Origin: Fonticula alba ATCC 38817
Taxonomy: Eukaryota; Protista; Nucleariida
NCBI GenBank assembly: GCA_000388065.2
Contig: KB932206.1
DNA: 64,000 bases
Strand: one strand, 5' to 3'
Shown: piece after piece, positions 12,124 to 23,900 of the stretch
How the letters are laid out: each line of letters starts with the position of its first letter
Numbering within the stretch: position 1 is the stretch's first letter
The notes under the pieces: generated by a model
What the model was told of the DNA's origin: nothing
Database searches by the model: none
The model's input: the letters and a program-made list of their open reading frames with translations, nothing else
Translations under genes and position numbers: made by a program

Positions 12124-12541
12124 CGAGGGGAAGAATACAGAGGGCGTGCGCACACACACACACACAAACGGAGGGAGGAGGAAAGGGGGGGGGGGCGGGG
12201 GGGGATTGGCAATGGGCCGGATTGTTTGAACGACATGGGGACATGTGGTCGAGGGTGTGGGGCTTCCTTTTGTAGTGCAAATACAGAGGGGTGAGCTTGA
12301 GACTCGAAGAGGGAGCGACGGGGGAGGGGGGGGGGGGGGGGGGGGGAGGACGACAGATCAATCCGCAAATGGCGCACGGGAAAAGGAGAGACGCATCCGA
12401 ACCGCGGCATGTGCGGAAAGCATCACCGACATCCCGGTAACCGCGACCGTCACCACCTTCACCATGCACTTGGGCAATCTCAAGCAGGACGCTGGCGAGG
12501 CCAGAGGCGATGGGCGGGGGAAAACAGCGACCGGGCCACAC

Positions 12542-12740
12542 ATCTCGATCAGCGGGGTGAAGGCAGCGTTGTTGGACAGCGGGGCCAGGACCGCCTTGAC
12601 CGGGGCCAGACGCGGGCTGAAGCGGAAGTAGCTGCGGGCGGTGTCCTCCTCGCGCAGGGTGAAGGTGTGCTCCAGGATGCAGTAGAGCAGGCGGCCGATA
12701 CCGAAGGACGGCTCAATGACACCGGGGACGAACTCGCGCA
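12542..12740 (-). other. GARS1: Isolated internal exon of glycyl-tRNA synthetase (motif 3 region), with no other GlyRS exon in the window
   Basis: REFVPGVIEPSFGIGRLLYCILEHTFTLREEDTARSYFRFSPRLAPVKAVLAPLSNNAAF is the eukaryotic GlyRS VIEPSFGxGR motif. CAG acceptor at 12743-12741 and GT donor at 12541. C-ending codon bias. Flanked by G-runs at about 12323-12346 and 12762-12785. Confidence 0.85.
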
Positions 12741-12980
12741 CTGCCATGGGGAGACGGGGGAGGGGGGGGGGGGGGGGGGGGGGGGAACAATTGAAGATAG
12801 ATCCTCCTTCAGGCAAATCTGGATGTGTATGTGTATTAGTACTCCCCCACGTAGGCGGGAGGCGCGGACACTGGTGTTCTTGCTTGAGCGACGATCGGGG
12901 AGCCCCAGCCCCGCTCGCGAGGGGCAGGAAGAGGACTGAGAGTGGGCATCTAACTCGCGGTGGCGCGACGCGTCAGGTGA

Positions 12981-13705
12981 TCAGCGGCGCTTCTTCTTCC
13001 CACCCTTGCCCTTGCTGCCGCCGCTGGAGCTGGTCGAGGAGGAGGCGGGAGCTGAAGCCATGGAAAGCCTGCGTGACGGCCGGGTGCACCGGGTGTGGTC
13101 GGAGAGAGAGAGGGAGAGAAGGTGTCAGTCATGAGATGAGTTGGTGCGCCGGGCAGAGGAGGCGGACTGAGGCCTTTTGCAACAAAGATGAGGCGAGATG
13201 GGAGTGGGACGGAGAACGCACTTGGTGTCCACCTGGGTCGAGCCCTGCGAGGTGGCATATCCGGTGGCCTGAACGGCCGCCTTGCGGGCACCGCGTGTGC
13301 CGGCCGCGCCGCCGCGCCGGGTGCGGAGATGCGGCGGGAACCAGCGCTCCGGGTCGAGGGTGGGCCGAGACACAAAGGTCGGGCCTGAGGCCAGCGAGTC
13401 AAGGGCAAAGGCCCCGGTCGGATGCCGGACAAAGCCAGCTGGCACGGCGTTCTTGCCACCGGCTTGATCGAGTTCCATGGCATCGGCGGAAGCGGCCTGC
13501 TGCTGGGCCACCGCCTCGCGCAGCTGCATCTTCAACTTGAGCAGGGCCTTGGCGTTCTTGGAGCGGGACTCGCGCACGCGCTGCGAAACCGCCGTGCTCT
13601 TGGCCGACAGCCGCTGGGCGGGGGTCCTGCGAAGAGGAGGGCAAAAAAAAAGTCCCCCAAACGGAACACCCCCGACCCCAGACACACACACACGCACACA
13701 CACAC

Positions 13706-13748
<43 letters not shown>

Positions 13749-15572
13749 AACACATACGAACAGAGACAGACAGACACCAAGACGGAGGGAGGAGGAAGGC
13801 CAAGGCGGGCCAGAAAGCAAGAAAGGTGTAAGTAGGGAGCAACTCGGACAAAAGACCAGCCACGCGAGCGTACATCTTCGACATGCTGGCGCGCCGGTGA
13901 CGCTCCCGACGAAGGGACGCCTTTTGCGCTACCCGGAGAAGGGTCTTCAGCGGGCCGGGCAGGCGGCGACGATAGTACGGATGAGCGGTCAGGCGGTTGA
14001 CCGACCGGACGAACTTGCGCAGGTGCGGCGCGGCATCCGTGCCAGCGGGCCTGTGGATGGGGGAATTCAATGTACGCCATCACGGCAAGGCACGGGTCAG
14101 TCGCTCGAAGGGCAAGCCGGCAGGAAGGACCATGGCCATGGTAGCCGCCAACGTACAGAGGCTCGGAGGAGGTGATGCCCGAGCAGAGGGCGGCCTGCCG
14201 AGCCCGAGCATAGGTCCCCAAGGCCTGGATGAAATGCCCCGCCTCCAGGAGCCGAGCACGGTCAAGCAGTTGGCTCGGAGACTGCCGAGCACCATGGTCA
14301 TCGGTCAGAGGCACAGTCTTCTCAAGCTGCTGCTTGAGGTGGCTCGAGGCACTATCCAATTGACGAAGGGCCTCCTCCAGGAGCTCCCCCAGGGCCAGCT
14401 GCTCCTCGGTGACGATGGCCAGGATCTCGGACAGGCGCTCGGCAGACAGGCCGGTCTCCGGGTGGTCCTTCAGCACGGCCAGCAGGTCGCCCTTGCGGAA
14501 TTGCTCAAGCGTCGGGACCAGCGAAGCAGCGGCGTTGTACCGGGCAGCGGCGGACTTATCCATCCACTGTGATGACGGGATGAGTGCGTGTGTGTGTGAG
14601 AGAGAGGGGGGGGGGGGGGGCGGGCGGCATGCGGGGGCAACGGGAGGAACAAAAGGACGGGGCAAGACGAGAGGGAGACCAAAAAGACGTACTTCCGAGT
14701 CGGGGAAGTCCAAGCGTCCCTTGGCACAGGCGGCAACGAGGTTGGCGAAAATCTTCTCATACTCCGGGCTCTCCTGTCATTGTTGAGGGGAGGAAAGAAG
14801 GGATTAGACATGGTGCCATCGGTAACCTCACGACCAGAAGACCCGGCGCATACCTGAGGCGTGGAAGCTAGAACGCCCTTCAAGAGTTCAACACACCGGG
14901 AGAACTGACCCTGCTCAAAGAGCTGGCACAGGAGCGCGGGCAATCTTGGAGTTAGTCAATGCCGAGCTGGGTGGCGAGGTCCTGGGATGGGGAATGGCCG
15001 ACGCACGATCTGCGAACGCAGCAGGGCGGCCGGACGCTCGGCAATGGCATAGCCCTCGCGCTCAGCCCGAGCCATCAGCTCCTCCGCCAGAGGGAGGTTA
15101 CGCAGGAGGAAGGCCGAATAGGCGGCAATCAGAGCAGCCTGCTGGCGCTCGGCCACCGTGTGGGCCGACTTGCCAGTGCAATTGTCCAGGATGTGCAGCG
15201 CGTCGCGCAGAGCCGCATCCACATGCGACACTTGCCGCGCGGCGGCCGGCTCAACAAACTCCCCGGTATCGCACGGGACAAAAAGGCTGGGCTTCATGTG
15301 GATGTAGGCCGCGGCGCGCAGGCGAAGCAGGTCCACATCCATTGGGGGCTTGAGCTGGGCTGTGTCGGAGGCCGGAGGAGGGTCAGACAGGAGTAGGGTG
15401 AAAGGCGTGTGCGTGCGTCAAAAACATGCATATGCATGTGCATGTATGTGTGTGTGTGTGTGTGACAGGAGTGCATGCTGGCAAGCATACCATTCAGCTC
15501 GGACAGCAGACGCTGAGGGTCAGCGGGGAACTTCCCCGACAGGTGAGAGGCGATGGTCTTCCGCAAGCTCAT
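12981..15572 (-). CDS. SRP72: Signal recognition particle subunit SRP72 (TPR repeats plus RNA-binding domain), multi-exon
   Basis: TPR-like helices (LLRLRAAAYIH; LLRSQI joined to LFEQGQFSRCVELL; RYNAAASL); the signature TLDPERWFPPHLR; SQG; a last exon after the 13221 GTGCGT donor ending GSKGKGGKKKRR-TGA at 12981. Confidence 0.75.
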
Positions 15573-16117
15573 TTCGGAATGTGGACGCGGAAAGAAGGAG
15601 AAAGGAAGGGGAGGGGATAGTCACGACTAAGGGCCGTCAACCGCCGGGCCCCACTTGCCCAAGAGATTCCCTCCACTCGCGGCCGTCGCCCACCGAAGGG
15701 TGAACCCCGCCGCAAGCTGGCCCAGACATCGCGGCGGCCGGGTATGGCCTGAGGCAGAACATTGCGGAGTCTCGGATCATACCAGGGACCGAGAGTTAGT
15801 CCGGGGAGGGAGACACCAGCCGGCGGGCCATTCGTTGGGGACAGACAGCATGCTGCCCACGGGCGGGGCCGGTCCATCGGCAGCTGGGTGTGTCTATGTT
15901 TTTTTCCCCCCCCCTATCCAGGTTCGCGGACAGCCTCTCTTCTTCCTCGGGCCGGGGCTTGCCCGCAAAGAGCATCTCCATACTTCGTGCACCACGCCCG
16001 AGGCGGGAGCCGGGCCGAGAAACAGTGCCCAACAGCAGCACCCTCCCCCCCCCCCCTCCCCCCTCCCTCGCGCCTTCCTGCCTCCAAGTGCCCCTCGCTC
16101 TTTTTCCCCTTCTCCCG

Positions 16118-17049
16118 ATGTCTGCCGATGTCCCTGCGTCGCCCGAGATCGTCCCCCTGACGCCGGCCGACGTGACGGCCGGTCTCGGGCGGCCCTACGC
16201 TTACTACATCGCCAGCCGGGGCGCGTGGCAGGAATCCTGCCAGCCGGAGATCAATGCCCTTGGAGACAGTGTTGATGAGGCGCTTCTTCGCCTGGATGAG
16301 CGCTCGGCCCTCGTTCGGGCAATGCTCAACCAGCAGATTTCCGACTCGGCCGAGGCCCAGCGCGAACTGGCCGCCGTCGCCGAGCGTCTCTCCACCGTCT
16401 ACCAACAGATCGATGTGCTGGATGTACGCCTGCCGGAGCCCTCTTTGCCCTTGCCCTGCCCCTTCTGGCCGTGCACCTAGTGCTGACATGCCCCCACTTC
16501 CGCTGTCCTCTCGCCGCACGCGCCTCCCCTCGGCGCCCTCGCTCCGGTCTGCCGGCCTCGCAGGACATCGTGGCCCGAGTCCGCGCAGCTGTCCAGCAGA
16601 TGGCCCTGGCCGTGGACCAGGCCGAGTATCACTATGATCACTCGCCCACGGTCCGGCCGACGCCCGTCGAATCGACCTATGGCCATGGCGCAGGTCAGCC
16701 CCCGGTGCCGGCGCAGACGCCCAAGGTGCCCCCGACCGCCTCCCCCTCCCCCTCCTCTTCCTCTTCTTCCACCTTTGGAGTTCGTAGCACCTTCTCCGCC
16801 CTGGCATCGCGCTGGTCGCGAAGCGTGTCCGAAGTGCTCTCGGTCAGTTCCTCTCCAAAAATGCCCGTGCCCACCGTCCCGATCATGCCGGAGTTTCACC
16901 CGCCGCCGGTTTTCTCCGCCGAGGCCATCATCTGCCAAGCGCTGGAGCAAGGCGCCGTCGCCCGGGCAGCGGCCACGGCGGCCGCCACCGCGCCCAGTGC
17001 GGGCAGCAGGGCACCCGAGCCTCCGCAGAACGCCGATGCTACTGTGTAA
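16118..17049 (+). CDS. BLOC1S4: BLOC-1 subunit 4 (cappuccino/BLOS4)-like coiled-coil protein, 2 exons (16118-16423, 16564-17049)
   Basis: Spliced LLRLDERSALV...LSTVYQQIDVLD-DIVARVRAAVQQMALAVDQAE and FHPPPVFSAE match the BLOS4 pattern (IYxxIDxLExFVxxVxxxVxxMExxVxxAE ... YxxPxLFxTE). GTACGC..CAG intron in phase 0. Confidence 0.7.
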
Positions 17050-18474
17050 TTCTGATATTATATATCCAAATCACATGATGCATCTATATGGTCTCCTGGG
17101 CTTGGGCCCCTCCCATGGCCATTTTCTCGGTTGGTGGGGTGGTGTGTGTGTGTGTGTGCGCGCGCGCGCGCGTGCGTCTTCGTGCGCGTGTGTCCCCATT
17201 GTCGGGGGTCCCCGTGTCGGCGAAAAGTGCCTCCCTTCGGCTCAGGGCAGCTGCCCGGGGGCCGGGCGAGCCGGGACCTACCCTACTGGCGGATCGGCTG
17301 CCGGGATCCCGGGAAAGTGAGCGGGGGAGGAAAGCCGACACCGAGACGCTGGCCGAGAGTAGGGTTGGCAGGCGAGCCGTGCATGCATCTTGTCCTGCTC
17401 GGGGAGCCGGGTTTCCCCGGTCTCTGGCTGTCTCTCCTTCTCGTCCCCCCCCCCCCCTTTGTCTCTCTCTCTCTCCCCCATGCGTCTCTCTTTGCCTGTC
17501 CGTGTGACTGCGGGGTCCCTGGGAATGTGTGAACACAAGTGTGAGCATTGCTCCTCCCACCTATTTCCATGACTGGGGGGGCGGGGGTGGGGGGCCGCTG
17601 GGGGCTAATGACTAAAGAAAAAGGGTATTCCCCAGCCACGGTGGCAGCCCGGAGAGGCGGGGGGTGACGAGGATGGAGGTGACTTACACAGGGGGGGGGG
17701 GGGCAAGGGCCATGCACATTCTCATCTCTGAGCCCCCTCTGATGTGCCAGTCTCCCCCGTTCGCCTGGAGGCCTTTTGCGCCATGCCCCCCTCGGGCGGC
17801 GCAAACGCGAGCCCCTTCGCTCCGTAGACCACGAAAAAGAGAACAGTCTAGAGGAGTGGGCACAGGCTCGCGCCCCACACCTCCGGAGACTGGCCTACGT
17901 CACCAGGCCCAGGGCCCATGTGCCGGCGCATGGGGGCTTTTCGAGTGGAGGACCACGGTTGCCCCAACATTGCACCCCCCAGAGAGGGGCGGGGGACGGG
18001 GGGGCGGCGGAGTGAGGGTGGGCAACGGACAGGACTCGGTCAGATCGGCTGGGGTCCCGCCGAAAACATGCGGCCTCGTCCCGCCCCCCTGCCCCCCGCC
18101 CCCCGCCCCCCTGCCGTGTCCTGCCCGCTGGGTGGGCGGGCACCTGGTGAACGGGTGCGCGCGTTCGCCCGGAAAGAAAAGGGGGAATCCTCCCTCGTAA
18201 GCCCAGGGGGGGGATCAGCCCCGACACTTGTTTCCGCAAAGAGTTTGCCACACAAAAGGACCCTCGTTCCTTGACCTTTTTGCACTCCCCTCCCCCGAAC
18301 TCGGTACCGTTTCCCTCCCCCCCCCCTCCCACCCTTCTATTTTGTTGATATACCTTCCGTCCCACTCCTTGCCCACCCCCTTCTCCGCTCCCCTCCTCTC
18401 TCCCCCGTCCACCCCCCCCCCTTCCCCCTGCCCCCCGTCCCTGCGCTGACCGGCCATCCCATTTTTATGCAGAC

Positions 18475-20406
18475 ATGTTCGCCCTTCGCTCCGCCTCCCT
18501 CCTCTCCCGCGGTCGCCTTTACTCCACCATGACTCCCTGCGCTGCCTCCCAGGCCCTGCACGCCAAGTACCCCTTCCTCAAGGACCTTGGCATCAACGCC
18601 GTCAACGATGGTGTCTACAACGGCACCTGGGGCGGTAACGGTCCCGTTGTCACCTCCATGAACCCGACCACCGGCGAGCCCATTGCCCAGGTCAAGACCG
18701 TGCGTGGCCCATCCTCCCGAACTCCACGGCGAATTCTTCCCCTGCCACTCTGCACACCGCAAACGCCTTCCCCGCACTCGCCTGCCTCACCATGGCGTGT
18801 ACCACTCACTCACCTCCCTCCCCCTCCCCTGCCCCCCCTCAACCAACTGACATGATCCTTCAGTCCACCGTCGAGGAGTACCACCAGACCGTCCAGAAGA
18901 TGAACGAGGCCAAGGCCCTGTGGGCTGCCGTCCCCGCCCCCAAGCGTGGTGAGATTGTCCGCCAGATCGGTGACGAGCTCCGCAACAAGATCGAGCCCCT
19001 TGGCAAGCTCGTCTCCCTGGAGATGGGCAAGATCCTGGCCGAGGGCATTGGCGAGGTCCAGGAGTACGTCGACATTGCCGAGTACGCCGTCGGTCTCAGC
19101 CGCATGCTCAACGGCTCGGTCATCCCCTCCGAGCGCCCGAACCACATGATGTACGAGCACTGGAGCCCCCTCGGCAACGTCGGTGTCATCTCGGCCTTCA
19201 ACTTCCCGGTTGCCGTCTTCGGCTGGAACAGTGCCCTGGCCATGGTTTGCGGTGACCTCACCGTCTGGAAGGGCGCCCCCTCCACCAACCTCTGCTCCGT
19301 CGCCGTGACCAAGATCATTGCCGACGTCCTGGAGCGCAACAACCTCCCCGGTGCCATTGCCTCTCTGACCACCGGTGACGTTGACATCGGCAAGGCCATC
19401 GCCGCCGATACCAACCTCCCGCTCGTGTCCTTCACCGGTAGCACTCACGTGCGTTCTCTGGCGCCCTCCCCCTCTCTCTCTCTCTCTCACGCGCTCTCCT
19501 TCGCCCCGGACTTCTTTTCTTTTCCCTCCTTCGGATCTTGCTTGACTTTCCGCCCCGCGCATTTTCTTTGCTGACCATCCTCCCGCGGCCCTCCCCCATG
19601 CTCGCTTGATCATGCAGATCGGTCGCAAGGTTGGCACTGTCGTCCAGGAGCGCTTCGGTCGCCCCCTCCTCGAGCTTGGCGGCAACAACGCCGTCATCGT
19701 CATGGATGATGCCGACCTCGACCTGGCCGTTCGCGGTGTGCTCTTTGCCTCGGTCGGTACCGCCGGCCAGCGCTGCACCTCCTGCCGCCGCCTCCTCCTC
19801 CACGAGAAGATCCACGACGAGTTCATCGAGCGTCTGACCGCCGCCTACAAGCAGGTTCGCATTGGCGACCCCCTGGAGGAGGGCGTTCTCTGCGGCCCGC
19901 TCCACTCTCAGGTGTCCGTCGACAACTACCTGAACGCCATCTCCCAGGTCGAGGCCCAGGGCGGCAAGATCCTGTACGGTGGCAAGACCCTGCCCGAGCT
20001 CGGCCCCCACTTCGTCATGCCCACCATCACCGCCATGCCGCATGACGCCCCCCTGGTCCACTCCGAGACCTTTGCCCCGATTCTGCACACCATCAAGTTC
20101 AGCACCTTCGAGGAGGCCGTCCAGATCAACAACTCCGTCAAGCAGGGTCTCACCTCGGCCCTCTTCACCAAGGACCCCCAGCAGATCTTCAAGTGGATCG
20201 GTCCCCTTGGCTCTGACTGCGGCATCATCAATGTCAACATGCCCACCAGCGGTGCCGAGATTGGTGGCGCCTTCGGTGGTGAGAAGGAGACCGGTGGCGG
20301 TCGCGAGTCTGGCTCCGACTCCTGGAAGCAGTACATGCGCCGCTCCACTGTCACCGTCAACTATGGCTCCAGCCTCCCCCTGGCCCAGGGCATCAAGTTT
20401 GACTAA
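18475..20406 (+). CDS. ALDH7A1: Alpha-aminoadipic semialdehyde dehydrogenase (antiquitin), 3 exons (18475-18699, 18864-19448, 19618-20406)
   Basis: [13 protein letters not shown]; [14 protein letters not shown]; WKGAP; SFTGST; LELGGNNA (catalytic Glu); GTAGQRCT (catalytic Cys); [20 protein letters not shown]; LPLAQGIKF. Mitochondrial-type N-terminus and strong C-ending codon bias. Confidence 0.97.
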
Positions 20407-20954
20407 GCGCGCCATGTGTGTGTGTGTGTGTGCATGTGCATGTGCATCACCGAAAGGTCTCCCCGGAGATGGCGTGTGCTTTCTCCCTCTCTGCGCGTTT
20501 TCGGGGGAGAGGGGCTGCACACTTCTGGGGAAACTGCGCGCGGGCATGCCTTCTTTCCTCCCCCTTTGCCGGTGCCTCGTTTTCCTCTGTGCCGCGCGTG
20601 TTGCATCTGTCATGCATCCTCACTCCCCCCTCCCCTCCCCCCCCCCTGTGGGGAAACAATACACATTCACGCCCCGCATCCCCCGAAAAACAAAAGTGAC
20701 GAGTCTGCACCCTCCTCTATTGTCTGCCTCCTGCCGAGCAGCAGCAGGGGCGGCACATGCTCTGTGGGTTGGAGAGGAGGAGAGTTGGGGAAGATAATGA
20801 AGAGGGGAGAGGGAGAGAGAGAGAGAACAAGCAAACAAGGACAGTATATTTTGTGTGTGCGAATATGCGCGCTTCCGTGTAGATAGATACAAGAAGGCAG
20901 AGTATGACCCGAGAAGGGCCGAACGGGGGGGGGGAGGGGGGGGGGGAGCGACAA

Positions 20955-23900
20955 TCAGCCAAACGTCTGGGATGCCCGGTGCGTGGGCCGGCGCTTGGAC
21001 AGACGCCACTCGTTCGGCGTCTCGAACTTGGAGTAGAGCGGCTCCAGGCGAACCTGCTGCTTGTGCTTGCTCACGCGGCTGACGTCGGCCACATTGAAGT
21101 AGGCCGGCGCCACCTGCACCAACCACCGAGGGTCGATGAAGAGAACCTCTCGCATGTACTCCTTCGTGGTGAAGACCAACGAATGGTAGATGACCCACTC
21201 CGGGTGCTTGCTGTGCAGCGACGAGGAGGGGTGAATGTACACCGGGGTGCCCTCGGCCAGGGTCTTGTAGCCTTCCTGGGGGTCCTTCTTGGCGGCGTGC
21301 GAGAAGAACCCGGAGCAAATGGCAATGCAGACATTGGTGTAATTCCGCCCGCAGGAAATGATCGGGTGCTTGTAGCGCTCCATGTAGGAGAGAAGCTGCT
21401 GGCGGACATCTAGCGAGGTCTTCATGGCCCGGTGGTGGATGAAGTTCTCCGTGCACCAGGTCTTCGTGAAGCCAGCCTGCTTCCAGGCATTGAAGATCGT
21501 CAACAGGGTCAGGTGGTCACCCTCCGGCTGGAAGAACTTGTTCCGCGCCTGATCGGCCTTTACCTGGTCGTCAGCCGGCCGGTAGAAGAACTCCGAGTCG
21601 GCCGACAGCATGGACACAATGGTCAGAACCTCCTCCGAACAGCCAAGGTTGACGGACTCGATCAGCTGAGAGAGTTCAAGGAAGAAAGAAATAGCGAGCG
21701 AGAGAGAGGGAGAGAGAGGGAGAGGGAGAGAGAGGGAGAGAGAGGGAGAGGGGGAGAGGGGGAGAGAGAGAGAGAGAGAGGGAGAGAGAGAGAGATAGAG
21801 AGAGGGAGAGAGAGAGAGAGGGAGAGAGAGAGACAGGAGCGAGGAGACGGGGGAATATCGGAAAGGCAGGCAGGGAGTTAGGGAAGAGAACACGAGAAAG
21901 GCGGGAGAGGGGGGAGCGCCCGCGGGAGAAAGCGAGAAAACTGGTAGCCGGGAAACCGACGCGCACCATCTTACACAGCTGAGGCTTCAGCGGGAACTCG
22001 GCCATCTTACGGCCCAGGCGCGTCAGCAGGCCCTCATTGTCCAGTGCACCAAGGGCATACAACTGCTGCATGGCGTGGACCATGAACTGCATGTCGGGCT
22101 TGTCCATGAAGTCGAAGTTGAAGATGTCATTGATGCCGATGGCCTTCAGCGTCAGGACCACGGTGGCCAGGTCTGTCCGCTGGATTTCCGGAATCGGGCT
22201 ATCATGCATCTCATTGTGGTATTGGCTACTGGTGTACAGCCGCAGGCACTTGCCCGGGCCGGTACGACCGGCACGACCCTTGCGCTGCTCGGCTTGAGCC
22301 TTGGAAATGGGGACCACCTCAAGGGCATCCATGTCGAGCTTGGGGTTGTACGTGTTTTGCTTGACATACCCCGGGTCGATGACATACACAATGCCATCGA
22401 TGGTGAGGGAAGTTTCGGCGATGTTGGTGGCCAGAATGACCTTGCGTTTGTCTGAGGGCCGGGAGAAACAGGGCAAGAGACACGGAGTTAGAGCGAGGCA
22501 AAGAGCCCGGGTGGCCGAGGGGGAGGCCCGGGAGGGGAAGGGGGGAGGGAGGGGGGCAGGAAGGCGAGGCAAAGCAAAGCAAAGCAAGGCGAAGCCCCGA
22601 AGGCAAAGGCAGATGACGCACGCGGCGGGGTGGGCTCGAAGACGCGCGACTGCATCTGCGAGGGGAGAGTCGAGTAGATGGGCAAGATGATGAGCTCCGG
22701 CACATCCGAGCCAAAGCTCTTCATGCGGTTGTAGAGAACCTCGCAGGCGGAATCAATTTCCTCTTTGCCCGTCAAAAAGACCAGGATGTCACCCTCGGGC
22801 TCGGAGAAGTGCAAACGCATGACCGTCAAGATGGCCTGCTCCAGATAGTCGGTGGTGGGCTCCTTGGCATAGAGGACCTCCACATCGAACATGCGCCCAG
22901 GGATCTGGAAGAGATTGCAGTTGAAGAAGTACTCGGAAAACTTGCGGGCATTCAACGTGGCCGAGGTGACGATGAGTTTCAAGTCCGGCCGGCGCTGGAC
23001 CGTCTCCTTGAGCAGGGCAAACAGGACATCCGTGTTGAGGGACCGCTCGTGGGCCTCATCCAACATGATGACCGAGTATTGCCGGAGATCCGGGTCGATG
23101 AGGCACTGACGCAACATCATACCATCGGTCATGTAGCAAATCTTCGTGGCGCTGCTGGTCACATCGTCGAAGCGCACCGTGTAGCCGACCTCCTCGCCGA
23201 CACGGCAGCCAACCTCCTCGGCCACACGCCGGGCCACCTCGGTGGCTGCCACGCGCCGGGGCTGGGTGCAGCCAATGCGCCCGTTGGCAGCGAAGCCAGC
23301 CTCCGCCAGGTACTGCGTCAGCTGGGTACTCTTGCCGGAGCCAGTCTCACCAATGACCACCAGGATCTGGTTGTCCCGGACGGCTTGGATCAGCTGCTCA
23401 CGCAGGCGGAACACCGGCAGGCTCTCCCGCTGCTCGCGGATGCTCATGCTCGTTTGCCGGCCGAAGGTGGTGTTTGTGGAGATCACGGCCTGGCGCCACT
23501 CCGGCTCGTCAGGTCGCTCGGCCGCCATGCCACGCAAATCATTGGCAAAGGTCCGCGACCCGGGAATCGAGAGTGGATCATTCCAGCCGGTGCTCAGATC
23601 GTTGGGCACCGAGTCCAGGCTGGACTCGAGTTCCTGCTGACGCAGCTCCGCGCGCTGCTTGGCCAGGGCCGCCTGCTTGTTGGCCGCGGCCATCATCGAC
23701 CCGTCGGGGTTCTTGATGATTTTGATTGGCGACATGTCCAGTGCCTGGCGCGCCTTGCCGGCCAAGAAGACGGGCATCCGGTCGGACAGCTCGATTTCGA
23801 CGTCCTGCTCGGCCTCCTCGGTCTCGGTCATCGCTCGGCCGGGCATCGGCACCGGATGGAAGTCGGCATCAAAGTCCTGGGCAAAGTCCCTGTTGGGTGG

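Noticed and set aside
17200-17400. SRP RNA or other ncRNA (stems ACCCTACT/AGTAGGGT at 17280-87/17358-65 and TCGGCT/AGCCGA; a helix-6-like CCCG..CGGGGG)
   Set aside because: No helix-8 CAGG-NNN-GNRA-NNN-AGCAG motif and no Alu UGUNR motif. Such stems are expected by chance in very GC-rich DNA.
18810-20613. Long antisense ORFs opposite ALDH7A1, and similar ones opposite DHX8, Mga2, PSD, the ZZ/EF-hand gene and MTR4
   Set aside because: Shadows of strong C-ending codon bias on the real strand, with no domain motifs.
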